Source: Chiloscyllium plagiosum
Taxonomy: Eukaryota
Length of the DNA stretch: 43,710 nucleotides
Direction: 5' to 3'
NCBI RefSeq assembly: GCF_004010195.1
Contig: NC_057718.1
Location: 89,134,787 to 89,178,496 of the forward strand
Position numbers and translations under genes: made by a program. Shown here one piece after another: positions 35,060 to 43,710 of the stretch (positions are counted from its first letter, which is position 1; each line of letters opens with the position of its first letter). Below the pieces are notes generated by a model, which did no database searches, had not been told where the DNA came from, and worked only from the letters and a program-made list of their open reading frames with translations.

Positions 35060-36040
35060 AGATGTCTTATTGCAATTATGTGGGGCCTCGGTAAGAGCAC
35101 AAAGGGAGTATTGCACGCAGTTTTAGTCTCCCTATCTAAGAAAAGATTTATTTGCCACAGAGGGAGCACAGTGGAGGGTCACTGGGCTGATACTGGGGAT
35201 GGCAGGACTGTCCCAAGAGAAGAGATTGGTTTAACTGGGCCTTTATTCATGAGAATTTTGAATAATGAGGGGTTATGATTGAGATGCATAAAATTCTAAC
35301 AAGGCTGGATATACTGGATGAAGGGAGGATATTCCTCATGGTGGAAGAGACTGGAACCAGGAATCAAAGTGTCAAGATATGGAGTAGACCGGGGAATACG
35401 GAGTGGAAGTGAGGACTGCACATGCTGGAGATCAGAATCGAGAGTGTGGTGCTGGAAAAGCACAACAGGTCAGGCAGCCTCCGAGGAGCAGCAGACTCGA
35501 TGTTCTGGGCAAAAGCCCTTCATCACGTAGGACTGAGATGAGGAGCACTTTTTTTACTTTGAGGCTGAGAGGAGATTTGATCGACATTTTCAAAATCTTG
35601 AGCAGGCTGGACAGAGGGAGACGACGTTCCCGCTCGAGAAAGATAAATTGATTGAAATTGATGTGGAAGTGAAGGAAAGGTGAAATGAGAAAAAAAGACG
35701 TTTTCATGTCATAAGTAGTTTGGGTGTGGAATGCACTGTTTAGAAAAGTGGTGGACACAGGTCCAATTGAGAGATTCAAGAGGGGATTGGGTGTATTTTT
35801 TTGGCTAGGAATGGTGTACAAAGACATGGGGGGGAAAGGCAGGAGATTGTCACGAGGTTACAGGCACAATAGGCCGAATAGTCTCCCTCTGTGCTGTTAT
35901 TGAATGTTTCTATTTTAAATGTATCGTGTGGTATGGAGAGAAACCGAAAGTATAGCATTAAGATAGAGGATCAACCATGATCATATTGTTTGGTGATCAG
36001 GCTCGAAGGGCTAAATGGCCTCCTTGTTTCTATGTTTCAT
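35060..36040 (+). mobile_element. Several degenerate CR1 3' fragments
   Basis: ggagtattgcacgcagttttagtctcc (LEYC.QF.SP), LRLRGDLIDIFKIL and two separate 3' tails. Confidence 0.75.
35405..35525 (-). mobile_element. PLE family A terminal fragment
   Basis: GGAAGTGAGGACTGCACATGCTGGAGATCAG...GGGCAAAAGCCCTTCATCA; hammerhead core degenerate. Confidence 0.8.
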
Positions 36041-36244
36041 GTGGATGAAATTGCATAACTTGCATAACCCCGGTGGCCATCATGGAGTATTGCGGAAGGC
36101 CTGCTGTTGGAGTCCTATACAACTCAATAGCCAATATTACACTTTTCATTATCACCCAATGAAATCTGCTGGAAAAGGGAATTTTGTAAATTTTCTTTTG
36201 GGAGGATTGGAGAACAGGGTCACCTTGTCCAGACTATAACAACC

Positions 36245-36348
36245 CAGAAATAAAACAGAAAGTGCTGTAGATATTTAGCACTACTGGCAGCATCCAAGGA
36301 GTAAGGGACAAAAATACCAGACTGAGTCAATGACTCTTCATCAGAACG
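36245..36348 (-). mobile_element. Degenerate PLE-type terminal fragment
   Basis: aaaacagaaagtgctg..tggcagcatcc..gagtcaatgactcttcatcagaac; minus strand keeps CUGAUGA and stem II but lacks GAAA. Confidence 0.5.
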
Positions 36349-38643
36349 CTGGTCTCTTAATACAAACCACAATGAACCATGGCCACTTAGTCAGGCTATT
36401 ACAACCCCAATTGCAACAGAAATTCCAATAATCACAGGACTCCTAGTCGAGACTATAATAATGCAGGTCATCTAACCCAGACTACAAGGATCTTGGTCAC
36501 TCCAACACTGACGACAGAATCCAGGGTAACAGAACCCACACCACAGTAACCGCAGTCTCAGGCTAGGTTATGGTAACCTAGGCTATTTACATGACAAGAA
36601 CTGGAAACTCTACGTCAGATGAGAATCATCTGGGCCATCTAACCCTATTAAAAATAACCTGTATCACTTCACCACGGCAGCATGATTCAAATCATTTAAC
36701 TCAGAGGGTAAATTGTGAACCTCTTAACCAAGATGGGAATAGCTCATAACAGACAAGCCCACTCTACAATACACTGGGTAAATTCCACTCTTCCCCCCCC
36801 CCACCCCCACCAGCCAATAATACCCTGGATAAACTAGCCCAGACTATAACACTCTCAGTAAACTAGTCCAGGCTACTACACCCTGAGTAAACTAGCCCAC
36901 TCCAGTGTACCCTGGGTAAATAGCCCGCTCTACTGTACCCTGGGTAAACTAGCCCAATCTACTATACCCTGAGTAAACTAGCCCAGCGTAAAAAACCCTG
37001 GGTAAACTAGACCAATCTACTAAACCCTAAGTAAACTACCTCAGTGTACAGTATCCTGGGTAAACTAGACCACTCTACGATAACGTGGGTAAACTGGCCC
37101 AGTGTACAATAACCGGGGTAAAGTAGGCCACTCCACTATATCCCGGATACACCAGCCCATCCACTACACCCTGATTAACTAGCCCACTCTGCTACATCCT
37201 GGATAATCTAGCCCAATCTATTGTACCCTGGGTATACTACTCCAGTGTACAATACCCTGAGTTAATTAGCACAGTCCACACTACTATACTCTGGTATACT
37301 AGACCAGTGTACAATCCCCTGGGTAAACTAGCCAAAGTACAATACTCTGAGTAAACTAGCCCAGACTGCAATATCTGAGTAAACTAACAGGGGCTGCAAT
37401 ACCCTGGGTAAACTAGCCCAGGCTGCAATACCCTGAGTGAATTATCCCAATCTACAATATCCTGGGCAAACTATCCCAGACTGCAATATCCTGAGTAAAC
37501 TAGCCCTGACTGCAAGACCCTGAGTAAACTAGCCCAGACTGCAATATTCTGGGTAAATTAGCACACACTGCAATACCCTGGGCAAATTATCCCAGACTGC
37601 AATATCCTGAGTAAACTAGCCCAGACTGCAATACCCTGGATAAACTAGCCCAGACTGCAATACCCTGGATAAACTAGCCCAGACTGCAATACCCTGGATA
37701 AATTAACCCAGACTGCAACACCCTGAGTAAACAATCCAAAAATGCAATACCCTGAGTAAACAAGCCCAGACTGCAATACCTTGCTTATACTAGCCCAGAC
37801 GGCAATACCCTGAGTAAACTAGCACAGATTGCCATATTTCCTGAGTAAATTAGCCCAGAATGCAATATTTCCTGAGTAAACGATCCCAGACTGCAATATC
37901 CTGAATAAACTAGCCCAAAATGCAATATCCTGGGTAAATTAGCCCAGACTGTAATACCCTGAGTAAACTAGCCCAGACTGCAATACCTTGAGTAAATTAG
38001 CCCAGATTGTTATACCCTGAGTAAACTAGCCAAAAATGCAATACCCTGGGTAAACTAGCCCAGATTGCCATATTTCCTGAGTAAATTAGCCCAGACTGCA
38101 ATACCATGAGTAAACGAGCCCAGACAGCAATATCCTTAGTAAACTAGCCCAAAATGCAATGTCCTGGGTAAATTAGCCCAGACTGTTATAACCTGGATAA
38201 CCTAGCCCAGACTGCAATATCCTGAGTAAACTAGCCCTGACTGCAATATCCTGAGTAAACTAGCCCAGACTACAATACTCTGGGTAAACTAGCCCAGGCT
38301 GCAGTTGCCTGCATAAACTAGCCTAGACTACAATACCCTGAGTAAACTAGCAGAGACAACAATATCCTGAGTTATCTAGCCCAGACTACAATTCCCTGCG
38401 TATACATGCCCAGACTGTAATACCCTGAGTAAAGTAGCCCAGACTGCAATATACTGGGTAAACTAGTCCGCACTGCAATGTCCTGAGTAATTTAGCCTAG
38501 ACTGAAATGCCCTGGGTAAACTGGCCCAGGCTGCAATATCCTGAATAAACTAGCCCAGACTGCAACACTCTGGGGTAAATTAACCCAGACTGTTATACCC
38601 TGGGTAAACTAGCAATATCCTGAGTAAACTAGCCCAGACTGCA

Positions 38644-40921
38644 AAGCCATATGATCATCAATGGTTCCTCACACAGGGTGAGCCATAGCTGGCTGTACAG
38701 ACCAAAGCGGTTTCCACAGACTCTGTTACACTTGTGCTAAAAGGTGGTCACGGGAGGGAATGGCCAAGACTGCCCTACCCTGGGTAAACCCACCCACGCT
38801 ACTATACGCTGGGAAAACTAGTCCACTCTACTATACCGTGGGTAAACTAATCAAGACTGCAATATCTTGAGTAAACTAGCCCCGACTGCAATTCTCTGGA
38901 TAAACTAGCCCAGACTGCAATACCCTGAGTAAGCTCACCCACACTACTATATCCCAGGTAAACTAGCCCACTCTACTTTACCCTGGGTAAACTAACCCAG
39001 TGTGCAATGTCCTGGGTAAACTAGCCCACTCAAAAATACCCTGGGTAAACTAGCCCAATATTCAATACCCTGGGTAAATTAGCCTACTCTACTGTACCCT
39101 GGGTAAACTAGCTCAGTGTACAATACCCCTGGGTAAACTAGCCTACTCTACTGTACCCTTCGTAAACTAGCTCAGTGTACAATACCCTGGGTAAATTAGC
39201 CTACTCTACTGTACCCTGGGTAAACTAGCTCAGTGAAATTACCCCTGGGTAAACTCGCCCACTCTACTGTACCCTTCGTAAACTAGCTCAGTGTACGATA
39301 CCCTGGGTAAACTAGCCCACTAACTATACCCTGAGTAGACTAGCTCACTCTACAATAGGCTGAGTAAACTAGCCAAGACTGCAATATCCTGGGCAAACCA
39401 GCCTAGACTGCAATACCCTGAGTAAACTAGCACAGACTGCAATAGTCAGGGTAAATTAACCCAGACTGCAATACTGTTAGTAAACTAGTCCAGACTGCAA
39501 TACCCTGAGGAAACTAGCACAGACTGCAATAGTCAGGGTAAACTGGACCAAGCAGCAATACCCTGCGTAAACTAGCCCAGACTGCAATATTTCCTGAATA
39601 AACACGCTCAGACATCAATACCCTGGATCACCTGGTCCAGACTGCAATAGCCTGAGTAAACTTGCCCCGACTGTAATATCCTGACTAAACTCGCCCAGAC
39701 TGCAATACTTGAGTAAACTAGCCCAGACTGCAAAACTATATTATCAGGTAGTTCCTCACACAGAAGAATGACTCTTTTCCACTATTAGGGTGAGCTGGCT
39801 GTACAGACCAAAACAGTTTCCGCAGGCTCTGTTACACTTGTGCTAACGGTGGTCACGGGAGGGAGTGGCCAAGACTGCCCTACCCTGGGTAAACCCTAAC
39901 CCTCTACTATCTGCTGGGAAAACTAGCCCACTCCAATATTCCCTGGGTAAACTAGCACATACTGCAATACCCTGGGTAAACTAGCACCGACTGCAATAGC
40001 CTGAGTAAACTAGGCCAGACTGCAATACCCTGGGTAAATTCACACTGAGTGTAATATCCTGAGTAAACTAGCCCAGACTGTAATACCCTGGGTAAACCCG
40101 CTCACTCTACTATTCCCCAGGTAAACTACCCCACTCAACTATACCCTGGGTAAACTAGACCACTCTACTATACCCTGGGTAAACTAGCCCAGTGTACAAA
40201 ACCCTGGGTAAACTAGCCCACATTACTATACCTGGAGTAAACTAGTCCAATGTACAATACCCTTGGTAAACTAGCCCAATGTGCATTATCCTGAATAAAC
40301 TAGCCCAGACTGCAATACTCTGGGGAACTAGGCCAGACGGCAATACCTTGAGTAAACTAGCCCAAAATGCAATTAGATTAGATTACTTACACTGTGGAAA
40401 CAGGCCCTTCAGCCCAACAAGTCCACACAGACCCATTCCCCTACATTGACCCCTTCACCTAACACTATGGGCAATTTAGCATGGCCAATTCACCTAACCT
40501 GCACATGTTTTAGACTGTGGGAGAATACCAGAGCACCTGGAGGAAACCCACGCAGACACAGGGAGAATGTGCAAACTCCACACAGACAGTTGTCTAAGGC
40601 GGGAATTGAACCCGGGTCTCTGGCGCTGTGAGGCAGCAGTGCTAACCACTGTGCCACCATGCCACCCAAAATAACCTGGGCAAATTAGCCCAGACTGTTG
40701 TACCCTGGGTAAACTAGCCCAGACTGCACTATCCTGAGTAAACTCGCCCAGACTGCAATACCCTGAGTAAACTAGACCGGACTGCAAAACCATATTATCA
40801 TCAGTGGTTTCTCACACAGAAGAATGACTCTCAGGGTGAGCCCATAGCTGGCTGTACAGACCAAAACGGTTTCCACAGACTCTGTTAAACTTGTGCTAAA
40901 AGGTGGTCATGGGAGGGAGTG
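38644..40921. repeat. Three copies of a ~120-135-bp spacer (38644-38762, 39733-39867, 40787-40921) defining a higher-order repeat
   Basis: Shared gctggctgtacagaccaaa..gtttcc.cag.ctctgtta.acttgtgctaa..ggtggtca.gggaggga.tggccaagactgccctaccctgggtaaacc. Confidence 0.93.
40373..40667 (-). mobile_element. HE1-type SINE inserted in the minisatellite
   Basis: Same head, core and (AATCT)n tail as 33809-34132; CCCAAAAT on both flanks. Confidence 0.93.
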
Positions 40922-41419
40922 GCCAAGACTGCCCTACCCTGGGTAAACCCGACCACGCTAGTATACACAGGGAAAACTAGTCCACTCTATTATACCCTGG
41001 GTAAACTAACCAAAACTCAATCGCTTGAGTAAACTAGCCCCAACTGCAATACCCTGAGTTAATGAGCTCAGAATGCAATACCCTGGGTAAACTTACCCAG
41101 ACTACAATATTTCCTGAGTAAACTCGCCCAAACTGCAATACCCTGGGTAAATTAGCCCAGAATGCAATATCCTGTGTAAATTAGCCCAGAATGCAATATC
41201 CTGTGTAAACTAGCCCAGACTGCAATTCTCTGAGTAATCTAGCCCAGCTTGCATTACCCTGAGTAAACTAACCGAGGCTGTAATATCCTGTGTAAACTAT
41301 CACAGACTGCAATACGCTGGGTAAACAAGCCCAGTGTACAATACCCTGAGTAAACGAGGACAGACTACAAAATCTTGGTAAACTAGCCCAGACTCCAATA
41401 ATCTGGGTAAACTATCCCA

Positions 41420-41712
41420 ATAGACAATAGGTGCAGGAGTAGGCCATTCTGCCATTCGAGCCTGCACCACCATTCAATATGAATAGTCCCGCCATTCCAG
41501 GAATTGACCTCATGAACCTACGCTGCACTCCCTCAATAGCCAGAATACCTTTCCTCAAATTTGGAGACCAGAACTGCACACAATATTCCAGGTGCAGTCT
41601 CACCAGGGCCCTGTACAGATACAGAAGAACCTCTTTGTTTCTATACGCAATCCCTCTTGTTTTGAAGGCCAGCATGCTATTAGCTTTCTTCACTACCTGC
41701 TGTACCTGCATC
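41420..41712 (-). mobile_element. Internally deleted CR1 3' fragment inserted in the minisatellite
   Basis: ORF 41412-41726 VKKANSMLAF..LYRALVRLHLEYCVQFWSP..VQRRFMRSIPG joined directly to a 3' tail; ATCCCA on both sides. Confidence 0.9.
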
Positions 41713-43529
41713 CCAGACATCAACACCCTGGGTAAACTAGCCCAGAATGCAATATTCTGAGTAAACTAGCCCAGACTGCAATACCCTGAGGAAACTAGCC
41801 CACTCTGCTATACCCTGAGTAAACTAGGTCAGTGTACAATACCCTGGGTAAACCAGCCCAGACTACAACACCCTGGGTAAACTATCCCAGTCTGCAATAC
41901 CCTGAGTAAGCACACCCACACTACTATATCCTGGGTAAACTAGCCCACTCAAGTATACCCTGGGTAAACTAGCCCAGTGTACAATACCCTAGGCAAATTA
42001 GCCCACTCTACTGTACCCTTGGTAAACTAGCCCAGTGTACAATACCCTGGGTAAACTAGCCCACTCAACTATACTCTGGGTAAACTAGCCCACTCTACTA
42101 TACCCTGAGAAAACTAGCCAAGACTACAATATCCTGACTAAACTAGTCAAGACTGCAATATCCTGGGCAAACTAGCCCAGACTGCAATATCCTGGGAACA
42201 CTAGCCCAGACTGCAATACCCTGAGTAAACCAGCCCAAACTGCATTACTGTGAATAAACTAGCTCTGACTGTAGTGTCCTGAGTACTCTAGTCCAGGCTA
42301 CAATACCCTGGGGAAACTAGCCCAGACTGCAATAACCTGAGTTAACTAGCACAGACTGCAATATCCTGGGTAAACTAGCCCACACTGCAATATTCTGAGA
42401 AAACTAGCCCAGACTGCAATAGTGAGTAAACTAGTCCAGACTGCAATACACTGGGTAAACTACTCCAGAGGCAATATCCTGTGTAATCTAGCCCAGACTG
42501 CAATACCCTGGGTAAACTGTCCCAGACTGCAATATCCTGAGTAAACTAGGCCAGACTACAATACCCTGAATAAACTAGCTCAGACTGCAATACCCTGGGT
42601 GTCCTAAACCCGACTGCAATACACTGGGTAAACTAGCCCAGTGTACAATACCCTGAGTAAACTAGGACAGACTGCAAACCCTTGGTAAACTAGCCCAGAC
42701 TGCAATATCCTGAGTAAAGTAGCCCACTCTACTATACCCTGGGTAAACTTGCCCACTCTACTGTACCCTTGGTAAACTAGCCCAGTGTACAATACCCTGG
42801 GAAAACTAGCACACTCTACAATACGCTGAGTAAACTAGCCAAGACAGCAATATCCTGGGCAAACTAGCCCAGACTGCAAGACCCTGTGTAAACTAGCCCA
42901 GACTGTAGTAACCTGGGTAAACCACAGCAGACTGTAATATCCTGAGTAAAATAGCCCAGACTGCAATATCCTGAGTAAAGTAGCCCACTCTACTATACCC
43001 TGGGTAAACTAGCCCACTCTACTGTACCCTTGGTAAACTATCCCAGTGTTCAATACTCTGGGTAAAATAGCCCACTCTACAATACGCTGAGTAAACTGGC
43101 CAAGAACTGCAATATCCTGAGTAAACTATCCCAGACTGCAATTCTCTGACTAAACTAGCCCAGTTTGCAATACCCTGAGCAAACTAACCCAGACTGTAAT
43201 ATCCTGGTAAACTGTCTCAGACTGCAATACATTGGGTAAACTAGCCCAGTGTCCAATACCGTGAGTAAACTAGGCCAGACTACAAAACCTTGGTAAACTA
43301 GCCCAGACTGCAATACGCTGGGTGAACTATCCCAGTCTACAATACCCTGAGTAAGCTCGCCCACACTGCTATATCCTGGGTAAACTAGCCCACTCAAGTA
43401 CACCCTGGGAAAACTACCCAGTGTACAATATGCTGCGTAAAATAGCCCACTCTACTATTCCCTGGGTAAACTAGCCTACGCTACTATTCCCGGGGTAAAC
43501 TAGCCCATGTACAATACTATGGGTAAAGT

Positions 43530-43710
43530 CACGATTCGGAGATGCCGGTGTTGGACTGGGGTGTACAAAGTTAAAAATCACACAACACCAGGTTATAGTC
43601 CAACAGGTTTAATTGGAAGCACACTAGCTTTCGGAACGACGCTCCTTCATCAGGTGATTGTGGAGGGCTCGATCGTAACACAGAATTTATAGCAAAAATT
43701 TGCAGTGTGA
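43530..43710 (-). mobile_element. PLE family B terminal repeat (runs off the window end)
   Basis: Homologous to 30453-30630 (gtgttggactggggtg.acaaagttaaaa.tcacacaa.accaggttatagtccaaca). Confidence 0.9.
43622..43656 (-). ncRNA. Intact minimal hammerhead ribozyme motif (PLE family B)
   Basis: Minus strand CAC-CUGAUGA-A-GGAGC-GUC-GUUCC-GAAA-GC-UA-GUG: stem I CAC:GUG, 5-bp stem II, palindromic AGCU. Confidence 0.82.

Larger units (their letters stand above)
36755..43528. repeat. 29-bp minisatellite array, consensus ACTGCAATACCCTG(G/A)GTAAACTAGCCCAG, roughly 200 units (length-based estimate)
   Basis: Direct reading, e.g. exact successive units at 37612-37700; interrupted by three spacers, one SINE and one CR1 fragment. 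Confidence 0.97.

Noticed and set aside
7360..40667. tRNA genes at A-box/B-box motifs
   Set aside because: They are tRNA-derived SINE heads continuing into HE1 core and tail; no complete cloverleaf seen.
40494..43403. Repetitive minus-strand ORFs (LQSGLVYPGYCSLG...) as a repeat protein
   Set aside because: They are translations of the 29-bp unit cycling through frames, broken by frequent TAG stops and indels.
36755..43528. CRISPR-like array (constant repeat plus variable segment)
   Set aside because: Variable parts are only about 7 nt and recur rather than being unique spacers; no cas genes; vertebrate intron context. It is a minisatellite.
1..43710. Additional ER exons (4, 7, 8) or a perfect estrogen response element
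   Set aside because: No matching peptide seen by eye in the ORF track or sequence. Only AGGTCA/TGACC half-sites were noticed, mostly inside repeats. A motif scan was not run, so a missed site is possible.

Overview
Eukaryotic, not prokaryotic. This is a repeat-dense intronic stretch of a cartilaginous-fish (shark) estrogen receptor gene, most likely esr1/ER-alpha, on the + strand. Only two coding exons are present: ligand-binding-domain exons 14619-14757 (139 bp) and 25311-25444 (134 bp), equal in size and phase to human ESR1 coding exons 5 and 6. The rest is intron filled with CR1-clade LINE fragments, HE1-type (V-SINE) tRNA SINEs, two decayed Gypsy-like LTR-element relics and about 13 Penelope-like element (PLE) pieces. 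Several PLE pieces carry readable minimal hammerhead ribozymes, one with a U3-A8 covariant core, and several form TSD-flanked fold-back structures. The last ~6.7 kb is a 29-bp minisatellite with variant-unit blocks and three copies of a ~125-bp spacer. An assembly gap covers 17344-17809. All assignments were made by eye without database searches, and repeat boundaries are approximate. I see no evidence for a wholly new protein-coding system; the ribozyme-bearing fold-back PLEs and the structured minisatellite are the best leads.
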